Positions 1 to 8,370 are shown, counted from the first letter of the stretch. The stretch: DNA of 64,000 nt from an uncultured delta proteobacterium (GCA_963842085.1 CAWJET010000001.1:64001-128000), one strand, 5' to 3'. Numbers and translations are program-made. The notes: a model not told the origin generated them from the letters alone.

Positions 1-261
1 CACCACGTCGTCACCAGATTGCCATGTCGAAGAAGTTCCAGGATCGTCCGACTGGTAGACTTCACCGGACTGCATGATGATATGGTCGCCATCGCTGGAT
101 ACCGTGTCGACGGTGTCGTCGTCCGAGGCCAGCGTCGGTCGGGCGCAAAAGACAACTGCGCCGATGACTAGTCCCACTAAAAGCACTTGGCTGAATCGTC
201 TCAGGGTAAACCACCTGCTCTCGGGCTGATGGAAACCAGTTAGTTGCTCGCTCCGAATCAT
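1..261 (-). CDS. Secreted hypothetical protein, runs off the window edge
   Basis: Manual translation MIRSEQLTGFHQPESRWFTLRRFSQVLLVGLVIGAVVFCARPTLASDDDTVDTVSSDGDHIIMQSGEVYQ...; AGGAGGA SD at 271-277 on minus strand; signal-like hydrophobic stretch; absent from ORF track. Confidence 0.7.
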   Translation of the reverse strand, partial: MIRSEQLTGFHQPESRWFTLRRFSQVLLVGLVIGAVVFCARPTLASDDDTVDTVSSDGDHIIMQSGEVYQSDDPGTSSTWQSGDDVV

Positions 262-301
262 TGTTTTCGTTCCTCCTATATTGGAGGACTCCTGAACCGC
301 A

Positions 302-964
302 TTATTTTTCCCTGACTCCGGTAATACCCGCTTTCTCGAGACAGTCCGCGAGTGCTTCCTTGGCCCTGTGATACTTCGACGCGACCGTTCCGTGGGGCAA
401 CCCCAGAGTCTCAGTTATTTCCTTGTAGGCGAGCCCCCTTTCTCTCATCCAGAAGATCTCTTGGTCAATCTGCAGGATCTGTTGGATACACCTGCCGAGC
501 TTCGTGCGGATCTCCAAACCAATCGCCTGCTCCTCGGGTCCTGGCGAAGGATCGGTGAAAACGTCGAAGGATCGCAAGAGGTCGCCGCCTTCGGTGGAGT
601 CCGTCGGTTGTTCAAAGACTTCGAGCTTGCGGCCGTGTTTTCGCAGGCAACTCCTGGCCTCATTCTCGGTGATGACTTTGAGGTACGCGCGGAACTCGTG
701 TTCAGATGATCCGCGAAAGCTCTTGAGCCCGCCGTTCAGCAGGACCGTGAAAACGTCCTGAAAGAGATCGTCAAGCGCTTCCTTTTCGAGATTTCGAAAC
801 TTCTGCAGTAGACGCCAAATCAGGGGACCGTATTGGCGAACGACTGTCTCCCAAGCCTGCACCTCTCTCGCAGAGGCTCGCGCGAGAAGATCTCGTATGT
901 CCATCCTCGACTTATCCGCGGACTTTTTGGGCGTGGAAAAAAATTCGGTGACAGGAGTCTCCAT
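302..964 (-). CDS. ECF-type sigma-70 factor
   Basis: Region 2 (DDLFQDVF...YLKVITENEARS) and region 4 (GLAYKEITETLGLPHGTVASKYHRAK) motifs. Confidence 0.9.
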   Translation of the reverse strand: METPVTEFFSTPKKSADKSRMDIRDLLARASAREVQAWETVVRQYGPLIWRLLQKFRNLEKEALDDLFQDVFTVLLNGGLKSFRGSSEHEFRAYLKVITENEARSCLRKHGRKLEVFEQPTDSTEGGDLLRSFDVFTDPSPGPEEQAIGLEIRTKLGRCIQQILQIDQEIFWMRERGLAYKEITETLGLPHGTVASKYHRAKEALADCLEKAGITGVREK

Positions 965-1008
965 TATACAAGAGCGCCGATTCAGAGAGACGGCGCCGGA
1001 ACAAACAA

Positions 1009-1365
1009 ATGGAGGATTTGGCGATGTTGAATATCAAATGGCTCGGAAAGATCGTGCTCGCGGCGGCCGTTACACTCACGGCGGCTTCCCCCTCACGCGC
1101 AGATGAGTACGTGCACGGTTACTACCGCAGTAACGGCACGTACGTCCAGCCTTACTCTCGGAGCGAACCGGACGGAAATCCCTACAACAATTACAGCTAT
1201 CCGGGCAATTTGAACCCGTACACCGGTCAGGTCGCACCTGGAAATACGGACACCTACCTCAGGAACTACTACGAACGCGAGGGGGGCTCCAGCGGATACG
1301 GATCGGACTACGACGCTGGCTCAGATGGAGGGTCAACCTCAGGTGACGGTTCCGGAGACGAGTAG
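1009..1365 (+). CDS. Secreted hypothetical protein (GYYRSNGTYV...GNLNPYTG motif)
   Basis: Signal peptide; GGAGG SD at 1010-1015 suggests true start at ATG 1024; paralog of 1857-2138. Confidence 0.75.
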   Translation: MEDLAMLNIKWLGKIVLAAAVTLTAASPSRADEYVHGYYRSNGTYVQPYSRSEPDGNPYNNYSYPGNLNPYTGQVAPGNTDTYLRNYYEREGGSSGYGSDYDAGSDGGSTSGDGSGDE

Positions 1366-1407
1366 CGGCGTGGGGCTCGACTAGCGAATAGACAAGGGTG
1401 AAGAAAA

Positions 1408-1860
1408 ATGAATCGGAATAAAAAGTTTTCTTTCTGGCCGGCGGTGGGTGATGAACAGGCGGCGGTCCTCGCCGCCCGTCAGGGCTTTCACGCGGCCGTG
1501 TACTGTTCGATCGTGACGGCGATTTTCGCGGTCTTGGGCGGTTTCGGATTTAAGATCATGGATTTTGATCTGTGGAACCTTACCGACGCTGCTCTCATGG
1601 CGCTGCTCGCTTTCGGGATTCGCCGAATGTCGAGAACGGCCGCTCTGATTGCGTTTCTGTACTACGTTGCTGGACGAATAGATTTGTGGACCGAGTACGG
1701 TTCCCAGAATGCAGTCATTGCCGGAATCTTCGTTTTGATGTTCCTGTCGGCTGTACGTGGCACATTCGCCTATCACCGTTTGAGGCCGCGACTTGAAGGG
1801 TTGAATCAGGTTCCGGCAGCCGATCCCAGCGCAGACCTTTCGCTCGAGGCTATCATATGA
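1408..1860 (+). CDS. Hypothetical membrane protein
   Basis: About four hydrophobic segments; ATGA overlap with next gene. Confidence 0.7.
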   Translation: MNRNKKFSFWPAVGDEQAAVLAARQGFHAAVYCSIVTAIFAVLGGFGFKIMDFDLWNLTDAALMALLAFGIRRMSRTAALIAFLYYVAGRIDLWTEYGSQNAVIAGIFVLMFLSAVRGTFAYHRLRPRLEGLNQVPAADPSADLSLEAII

Positions 1861-2138
1861 AGATCCACCTGGTCATTGCGTGTGCCATCGGACTGGCCTC
1901 AGCTCTGATGGTTCCAAAAGTTGCGACGGCGGGAAGATATCGCCCGTACGCTCAGAGTCAGATGAGGGTTCACTCGCCTCACTCACCCGTTCACGTGAGG
2001 AGCTACATCCGGCATGACGGGCAGTACGTTGGTCCCCATTTCAGAACTGCGCCCAATCACACCAAGCTAGACAACTGGAGTACTCGCGGAAACGTTAATC
2101 CGTACACAGGAAAAATCGGGACGAAGGCGCCCTTTTAG
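1857..2138 (+). CDS. Secreted hypothetical protein (DGQYVGPHFRT...GNVNPYTG motif)
   Basis: Signal peptide; motif shared with 1009-1365. Confidence 0.75.
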   Translation: MKIHLVIACAIGLASALMVPKVATAGRYRPYAQSQMRVHSPHSPVHVRSYIRHDGQYVGPHFRTAPNHTKLDNWSTRGNVNPYTGKIGTKAPF

Positions 2139-2141
2139 GAT

Positions 2142-2383
2142 TTGAATTCTGCGCCGCGAGAGAATGCCGTGCTCCAACAAGGTTCAGTTATCGGGGGTCG
2201 CTACGAAATTGTCGATCTTCTCGGCGGTGGGGGAATGAAGCAGGTATCGCTCGCCCGCGACCGAAGGCTCGGCGGCCGACTCTGCGCGCTGGCGGAAATG
2301 ATCGATTCCTTCGCAGCTCCGAAGGCGCGCGCGGCGGCAGAGGCTGCATTCAGACGCGAAGCCGAACTGCTTGGGAGCCTGAG
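2142..2383 (+). pseudogene. N-terminal fragment of a Hanks-type Ser/Thr kinase truncated by IS3
   Basis: IGGRYEIVDLLGGGGMKQVSLARD...FRREAELL (subdomains I-III); homology ends at the IS left end 2384. Confidence 0.85.
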
Positions 2384-2471
2384 TGTTCCCCGTCAGCACA
2401 AGTTGGACAATTCGAGGCGATTGAGGAAGAGAGGGTTTTTGGCTCATCTTTAACCGCGGAAGGAGCGGTAG

Positions 2472-2846
2472 ATGAGATCGAAAATCGATGCGCAGTCGGA
2501 TGGGGCGGAAAAGGCGGTACGCGACATAAGGCGGGCGACCCGCCGGCACTTCTCGGCTGAGGACAAGGTCCGGATCGTGATCGCCGGCCTGCGCGGCGAG
2601 GATAGCGTGGCCGAGTTGTGCCGCAAGGAAGGGATCAACCAGAACCTCTACTATCGCTGGTCCAAGGACTTCCTGGAGGCGGGCAAGAGGCGGCTGGCCG
2701 GCGATACCGCGCGTGAAGCGACCAGCGATGAAGTCAAGGAGCTGCGGGCGGAGAGCCATCAGCTCAAGGAACTGCTGGCCGAACTGATGATGGAGAACCG
2801 CCTGCTCAAAAAAAGCGTGCTGGCGGATGGGGAGTCCGATATATGA
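2472..2846 (+). CDS. IS3 transposase OrfA (HTH)
   Basis: RRHFSAEDKVRIV...SVAELCRKEGINQNLYYRW; A7G slippery site 2808-2815. Confidence 0.9.
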   Translation: MRSKIDAQSDGAEKAVRDIRRATRRHFSAEDKVRIVIAGLRGEDSVAELCRKEGINQNLYYRWSKDFLEAGKRRLAGDTAREATSDEVKELRAESHQLKELLAELMMENRLLKKSVLADGESDI

Positions 2847-3856
2847 GGTACGCGGCCGCCGAGAAGCTGGAGATCATCCGGCTGGTCGAGCAGTCGTCGC
2901 TGCCGGTGCGGCGCACCCTGGAGCAGATCGGCATCCCACGGTCCACCTTCTATTGCTGGTACGATCGCTATCGAACTCGCGATGATGAAGGGCTGGAGGA
3001 TCGCACGCCGGCGCCGCGGCGGGTGTGGAACAAGCTCCCAGCTGCAGTTACTCAGGCCGTGCTCGAGCTTGCGCTCAAAGAACCGCAGCTATCGCCGCGG
3101 GAGTTGGCGGTCTCGTTCGTCGACCAGCAGCAGTACTTCGTCTCGGAAGCCTCAGTTTATCGGCTGCTGAAGGCGCACGACCTGATCACCAGCCCGGCCT
3201 TCATCTTGATGAAGGCAGCCGACAGCTTCGCCCATCCAACCACCGCACCCAATCAACTCTGGCAGACCGACTTTACCTACCTGCGGGTGATCGGCTGGGG
3301 CTGGTTCTATCTGTCGACTGTCCTTGATGACTTCTCGCGCTATATCCTGGCCTGGAAGCTGTGTACCACCATGACTGCCACCGATGTCTCCGACACCCTC
3401 GCGATGGCGCTGCGCAACTCCGGGTTGGAGCGCGTCCGCGTCCGGCACCGGCCGCGCCTGCTGAGCGACAACGGACCGTCGTACGTGTCGGCCCAGCTTG
3501 GCTCCTGGCTCGCGGAGCATGGCATGATGCATACCCGCGGCAAGCCCTATCACCCGATGACCCAGGGTAAGATCGAACGTTACCATCGTTCGATGAAGAA
3601 CCAGATCCTGCTCGAGAACTACTACCTGCCCGGTCAGCTCGAAGCGCGCCTGGCCGAGTTCGTCGACTACTACAACTCGCGCCGCTACCACGAAAGTCTC
3701 AACAACCTGACCCCGGCCGACGTCTACTTCGGCCGAGGTCCCGCGATTCTGTCACGGAGGAAAAATGCCAAACTGAAAACCATCGAAGCCAGACGCCGGC
3801 TGCATCATTCGTTCGCAGCCAAAGGTTCAACTCAGATGGACCAGATCCTCTCTTAA
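2843..3856 (+). CDS. IS3 transposase OrfB (DDE/rve)
   Basis: WQTDFTY, LSDNGPSY, GKIERYHR motifs; -1 frame relative to orfA. Confidence 0.93.
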   Translation: MRYAAAEKLEIIRLVEQSSLPVRRTLEQIGIPRSTFYCWYDRYRTRDDEGLEDRTPAPRRVWNKLPAAVTQAVLELALKEPQLSPRELAVSFVDQQQYFVSEASVYRLLKAHDLITSPAFILMKAADSFAHPTTAPNQLWQTDFTYLRVIGWGWFYLSTVLDDFSRYILAWKLCTTMTATDVSDTLAMALRNSGLERVRVRHRPRLLSDNGPSYVSAQLGSWLAEHGMMHTRGKPYHPMTQGKIERYHRSMKNQILLENYYLPGQLEARLAEFVDYYNSRRYHESLNNLTPADVYFGRGPAILSRRKNAKLKTIEARRRLHHSFAAKGSTQMDQILS

Positions 3857-3919
3857 TTCCTGTGCCAACTTGTCCAATAGGTTCTGACGACGTACAGGGG
3901 GCGGGGTAAGGAAGGCGAT

Positions 3920-3950
3920 TCGATATGTTCGGGTTACCGTGGTGACTTGA
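3920..3950 (+). repeat. 31-32 bp direct repeat, copy 1 (copy 2 at 4527-4558)
   Basis: TCGATATGTTCGGGTTACCGTGGTGA-CTTGA vs TCGATATGCTCGGGTTGCCGTGGTGAGCTTGA. Confidence 0.8.
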
Positions 3951-3980
3951 GCGGAGGATCGAGGTTCACCGAAGACCGAG

Positions 3981-4499
3981 GTGCGCGCAATGCCAGATCG
4001 AAGGATGGTGACGTTTACTTCTGGCGGGGCCCGTTTTACGTATCGGGTCGGCGCGATCATTACTCGCGACGACAACGTGCTTCTGATGCGCAACCTGGCG
4101 GAAGATTATTGGTTCGTCCCAGGTGGCCGGGCCGAGATCGGCGAGTCCGCGGCAAAAGCTCTTGCGCGAGAAATCGCCGAGGAGCTGGGCGTCACGGCGC
4201 GCGTGGAGCGGCTAATCTGGATAAACGAGAATTTCTTCCGCATCGGAGAAACGTACCACCATGAATTGGCCCTGTATTTCAGCGTCGCGATACCTGCCGA
4301 GGTTCATCCGGACCTCTCGACGACGTTCTACATTGATGAGGCCGACGGTTCGCGATTCGAGGTGGCTTGGCACCGAAGGGACGCCCTCAAAGAAGTCCAC
4401 CTGGTACCCGGTTTCCTGACCGAAGCGCTTACAAAGATTCCGGGCGATGTTCGGCACGTGGTTCACGTCGATGACTCGGCTCGCGATTGGATATCTTGA
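3981..4499 (+). CDS. NUDIX hydrolase
   Basis: Nudix box PGGRAEIGESAAKALAREIAEELG. Confidence 0.9.
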   Translation: MRAMPDRRMVTFTSGGARFTYRVGAIITRDDNVLLMRNLAEDYWFVPGGRAEIGESAAKALAREIAEELGVTARVERLIWINENFFRIGETYHHELALYFSVAIPAEVHPDLSTTFYIDEADGSRFEVAWHRRDALKEVHLVPGFLTEALTKIPGDVRHVVHVDDSARDWIS

Positions 4500-4526
4500 A
4501 CAGGAAGAGCGTGGCCGCCGGGCCCG

Positions 4527-4558
4527 TCGATATGCTCGGGTTGCCGTGGTGAGCTTGA
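4527..4558 (+). repeat. 31-32 bp direct repeat, copy 2
   Basis: Two mismatches and one indel versus 3920-3950. Confidence 0.8.
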
Positions 4559-4589
4559 TCTCGTGATTCGGCGTGGGGCTGAAGCTGCG

Positions 4590-5375
4590 ATGACCAAAGA
4601 GCAGGTTGATCAGATCGCGCGAGAGACACTGGCCGCAGATTGCGGATGCTCGACGGTGCTGTTCGGTTCGGAAGGAGTGTCTGTAGTTCGTTCGCTTCCT
4701 TCCGGGGGCAGGCGCTATCAGCCTGCGCGTGCTTTGATGGTCGCAGCTTATGGCCAAGGTGCGGTGGTAGCTTGCTCCGACGCTCATTTCGAATGGGCGC
4801 GTCAGAACCTCGGACATCTCAGGCAGACCCAGTTGTTCTCAACCGCTTGCATTTCCGAGCTGTCGAGCAGGATCGAGAGCGAACATCCGGGATGGGAACT
4901 TGGAGGTCCTCACCTGCGATTTCTCTGCGCCAGCGACAGCCTTACGCCAGAACCGCATCTTGGGGGAGTCGAGGTGCGGCTTCTGCAGCCCGCCGAATTT
5001 GCGCATTTGTACGAACGACGTGCAGAGCTCTCCAATGCGTTGGGCGAGCCCGGTACAGAAAACAGTGATCGGCTGGTGGCTGCCGCGTATCGCGACGGCG
5101 CGCTGCTCGCCGCTGCTGGCGCTTCGGAAGACGCGCCAGCGCTTTGGCAAATTGGTGTCGATACATTGACCGATGCAAGACGGCGCGGACTCGCGAGTCT
5201 CGTGGTCTGGCATCTGACGGCGCGCCTACTGCGCGACGGAATTGCGGCCTACTACTCCACACTACTCGCGAATGTCGTTTCGCAACGCGTCGCGCGGGTG
5301 GTCGGCTATTGGCCCGCGTGGATCGAAATGGAAGCTCGACCCAACCGCCGTGTGTCAGCGACGGCGACGATTTAG
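4590..5375 (+). CDS. GNAT-family acetyltransferase
   Basis: WQIGVDTLTDARRRGLAS motif A; NVVSQRVA motif B. Confidence 0.85.
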   Translation: MTKEQVDQIARETLAADCGCSTVLFGSEGVSVVRSLPSGGRRYQPARALMVAAYGQGAVVACSDAHFEWARQNLGHLRQTQLFSTACISELSSRIESEHPGWELGGPHLRFLCASDSLTPEPHLGGVEVRLLQPAEFAHLYERRAELSNALGEPGTENSDRLVAAAYRDGALLAAAGASEDAPALWQIGVDTLTDARRRGLASLVVWHLTARLLRDGIAAYYSTLLANVVSQRVARVVGYWPAWIEMEARPNRRVSATATI

Positions 5376-5876
5376 TTTCTTCTCGAAGATGATCGCTTCG
5401 CACTGCACTTCGCCTGCCGTGTAGGGCCTCCGAATCCCAGTGTCGGTGGCGCCCATACGTTTCCACAAGTTCACGACAATGTCATTGGTCACGGGCACGG
5501 AACCGCGAACAGCGGAGATCTCAGGCCATGAAAGAGCGATTTTCTCTAGCGCCATGCATGCTCGTACGCCGAGCCCCCGCTTTTGGTATCGCTCGGAAAG
5601 CAGAACGAGTCCTAGATAGGCGGTCTTCTCGTCGGGATACCCGCGCAGCAGGTCTGCGCAGCCGATCATTTCGTCCCGCAGATAAATTCCGAAGAGATAG
5701 TCGTGTTCCGGTTCTCTGCCGGGTGGAAGCTCGGCGGGGCACATCTCCTCGAGTGTCGGAATGTGACCGATGACGCGCATGCAGTAGTCCGGTGCCTCCG
5801 CATAGACCCTCTGGAACGCCCGCTTGTCGGCCTCGGACCTTTCACGAGAGAAGCGGACGAGGCGAATCCCGCGCAT
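5355..5876 (-). CDS. GNAT-family acetyltransferase
   Basis: LGLVLLSERYQKRGLG motif A. Confidence 0.85.
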   Translation of the reverse strand: MRGIRLVRFSRERSEADKRAFQRVYAEAPDYCMRVIGHIPTLEEMCPAELPPGREPEHDYLFGIYLRDEMIGCADLLRGYPDEKTAYLGLVLLSERYQKRGLGVRACMALEKIALSWPEISAVRGSVPVTNDIVVNLWKRMGATDTGIRRPYTAGEVQCEAIIFEKKLNRRRR

Positions 5877-5884
5877 CGGCTTGG

Positions 5885-6340
5885 CTACCGGAGCTTTAGG
5901 ATTTCGATCCGATGTTTGTTGGATTCCGGTGTCGGGTTGCGATCGTGTTCCGGCAACGCGCCAAGCTCGCGAAGACTCAGCCAGTTAGCTTTCTTGCTGA
6001 TCCATATGTGATCTCCCGCGCGCACGGGAAGGTCACCCTCGACCATTCCCGTACCAATCGCGACGACCGGATTACCCGCGAACACCGAAGGAACCGCCGC
6101 GCCGCATGTTCTGCAAAAGGAGCGGCGATAGGCGGGCGGATCGCGAAGAATCGGCGCGTCATAGAAGGCGATCAGCTCCTCGCCGCGGAGCCACCGAAAT
6201 TTGTCCGCACGCACGAGAAATTCCGCCACGAACGGCGAACCGCTCGCGCACTGACATCGCGTGCAATGGCAGATTTCGATGTCCGTGATGGGACCGTCAA
6301 ACTCGAATGCGACACTTCCGCAGAAACATCGGCCGGTCAT
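5885..6340 (-). CDS. GFA/CENP-V family Zn-binding protein
   Basis: GRCFCG...CHCTRCQ...FCRTCG. Confidence 0.9.
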   Translation of the reverse strand: MTGRCFCGSVAFEFDGPITDIEICHCTRCQCASGSPFVAEFLVRADKFRWLRGEELIAFYDAPILRDPPAYRRSFCRTCGAAVPSVFAGNPVVAIGTGMVEGDLPVRAGDHIWISKKANWLSLRELGALPEHDRNPTPESNKHRIEILKLR

Positions 6341-6493
6341 GCTGATCGCTCCTCATGGCTCGCGTGCAGAGCCATCCTATCAGACTGTTGCTCTCATGAG
6401 ATGAGACGCTCGATCGGCCGCCAGGCCGTCGCTTTGCGATGGCTGGCTTGGCGCGCCGCGTAACGGAGTCGCGACGCGCACAAGGCCGGACCG

Positions 6494-7363
6494 CTATTGA
6501 AGCGGGATCAATAGATCGGTGATCAAGTCGTTGGCCGGCGTGTCGTAGGGATTGTTGCGATAGATCTCTAGCGCCGGCCGATTGTCAGGAACGAATCCGC
6601 TCTTCGGCAGCCACTCGCCGTAGAGGCGCTCGAATGCCGCGGGAATCCCGTGATACGACCCGACCAATCGATATGAGGCGTACTTGCCGCCCGGCACTTC
6701 CAGCACTTCGATTCCGCCGTCAGCCTTCAGCGGTGCATCCCAGATAACGCCGGCGTAGTAGCGAAATGCGTTATCGCCACCGTCGCCGTCGCCGTAGAAG
6801 ATTCCGATAGCTTCCCTGGTCCGGCCTGCGATTCCGTGGTCGATCTGCCATTGCCACAGGCGCGAATATGCGTCCTTGAAGTTCTCCGGCGTCATGGCGC
6901 CACGAAGACGCATCGTCCAGGCCTTGATCGGTGCACGCTCGACAATCTCGACTTGCATGTTGCTTCCTCCGCGTTTGATTGGCCGCGGACCCACCACCAA
7001 CTGCGCCAACTGCATCCCGCGATCTCGAAACTCCCTCGGTGAAACGTTGGTGAGATTTCGGAACGCGCGCGAGAACGTCTGCACGCTTTCGTACCCGGAA
7101 TCCATCGCGATCTCCGTCACCGGTGAGTCAGTCGTCGCGAGGAACAGGGCCGCGCGCGCCAAACGAAGGCGGCGCGCGGTTTCGATCACACCCTCCCCCA
7201 CCATCGCGCGATAGATGCGATGGAAATGAAAACGGGAGAAGTGCGCGATACGCGCGAGTTCGTCGAGGCTGCGCGGCACCTCCGGCTCATCCGAGAGTGC
7301 CTTGATCACGCGTTCGATGCGGGCGCGGTAGTCGGTCTCCGTGACCGGTTTCACGCCCCGCAA
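6494..7363 (-). CDS. AraC-family regulator with GyrI-like effector domain
   Basis: N-terminal AraC HTH (FSRFHFHRIY...GYESVQTFSRAF); C-terminal PGGKYA...LYGEWLPKSG...LEIYRN. Confidence 0.92.
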   Translation of the reverse strand: MRGVKPVTETDYRARIERVIKALSDEPEVPRSLDELARIAHFSRFHFHRIYRAMVGEGVIETARRLRLARAALFLATTDSPVTEIAMDSGYESVQTFSRAFRNLTNVSPREFRDRGMQLAQLVVGPRPIKRGGSNMQVEIVERAPIKAWTMRLRGAMTPENFKDAYSRLWQWQIDHGIAGRTREAIGIFYGDGDGGDNAFRYYAGVIWDAPLKADGGIEVLEVPGGKYASYRLVGSYHGIPAAFERLYGEWLPKSGFVPDNRPALEIYRNNPYDTPANDLITDLLIPLQ

Positions 7364-7440
7364 CCTAGCAAGCGCGCTGGAGAGATTCTTTGCAGAGCTT
7401 GCGAAGTTTCAGCGCCAAGGTGGTGGACTGTAACCCCATT

Positions 7441-7550
7441 TCAGTGCCCACTCAGTGCCCACTTCGGGCTTTTTCAGCATGATCTGAAATGATGTCGATC
7501 TGCTGAGAACCCTTATATTTCCTACACTATATGATCTGAGGTCATCTGAG
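7441..7550. repeat. Putative integrase arm-type/accessory binding repeats
   Basis: TCAGTGCCCAC x2 (7441-7462); ATGATCTGA at 7479 and 7531; CATCTGAG at 7543; AT-rich spacer. Confidence 0.6.
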
Positions 7551-7568
7551 AAAACGTCGTGAACAAGT

Positions 7569-7607
7569 TTAGGAATCCTGTGCTCTATCCATCTGAGCTA
7601 AGGGGGC
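7569..7607 (-). pseudogene. 5' half of tRNA-Arg(CCT), truncated after the anticodon loop
   Basis: GCCCCCT TA GCTC AGATGGATA GAGC A CAGGA TT CCT AA, then no T-arm or acceptor 3' strand. Confidence 0.85.
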
Positions 7608-7728
7608 GACCCTGACGAGTTAGCAAGTTACGCCGATGCGCGGCGCCGACCAAGAGTGTGGTGCGTGAACTGTCGCAGCGGACGCGAGGCTTGGGCATGA
7701 CGTCGGCACGTGCTGTGAGCGGGGAACC

Positions 7729-8157
7729 TTACTGCTGCTTTGAGGTCGTCTTGGCCGGGCCCTGGAGCGCGTAATGGATTGCATAGTCGGCATCGCCTCC
7801 CGCCTGCACCCACAAAGCCAGGTCGGCTAGCGTGGGATCCTCGCGCGAAACCGCCATCTCGCGCAGGATACCGACCGTCGCGGCGCGTTCGCTCTCGAGC
7901 TCTTCGCGCTTGATGTGCAAATCCTCGGCCTGCATCTTCTGCATCCGCGCCTGCGCGAGGATTAGTTCGACGTTGGCGGCATTCAGTTCGCGACTGGATT
8001 GCGTGCTCATGTAGCCGGTCGCCGTAGTGCCGGCCGTACCGGCGAGCGAAGCGGCGCCCTCGACGCCGGGCGCAAGCGCCGCGCATCCGGAAACCAGAAA
8101 CGCCAATGCAACCGAGCCGATGATTCGCACCAAGACGTTCTGATCGGTCTGACGCAT
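7729..8157 (-). CDS. Hypothetical lipoprotein
   Basis: Lipobox LVSGC; coiled-coil-like C-terminal half. Confidence 0.7.
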   Translation of the reverse strand: MRQTDQNVLVRIIGSVALAFLVSGCAALAPGVEGAASLAGTAGTTATGYMSTQSSRELNAANVELILAQARMQKMQAEDLHIKREELESERAATVGILREMAVSREDPTLADLALWVQAGGDADYAIHYALQGPAKTTSKQQ

Positions 8158-8370
8158 TTCCTGATTGCCGCTCGCGTGGGCTTACATATATGTACGTAGT
8201 TATGCATGGGCGGATGCGTCAGAGCTGTCAGCGCTGAAGCCAGCCCCGCGTGTCCGTCAAATCTACGGGATTTCGCGGGGGCGCGCGCTGTTGTACAAAT
8301 CATTAGTCGGACCTCGATGTAGAGTGAATCGAGCGATTGGCCGCGGTGTGCTCGCGGCGGGAAATGAAAC

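Larger units (their letters stand above)
2384..3896 (+). mobile_element. IS3-family insertion sequence (1513 bp)
   Basis: Imperfect terminal inverted repeats TGTTCCCCGTCAGCACAAGTTGGACAA / TGTACGTCGTCAGAACCTATTGGACAA; TG...CA ends; orfA/orfB. Confidence 0.93.
1..7568. mobile_element. Right part of a genomic island integrated at tRNA-Arg(CCT)
   Basis: Accessory gene content, IS3, pseudogene, arm-like direct repeats 7441-7550, boundary at the anticodon loop of a truncated tRNA; integrase not in window. Confidence 0.65.

Noticed and set aside
7300-7570. Group I intron in tRNA-Arg(CCT), as known in some alphaproteobacteria
   Set aside because: No 3' exon (TCCTG..GTTCGA..GGGGGC) is visible before the AraC gene, and the interval consists of short direct repeats rather than an intron core
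8160-8370. Attenuator leader peptide upstream of ilvD
   Set aside because: No Ile/Leu/Val-rich short ORF or terminator hairpin with a U-tract found
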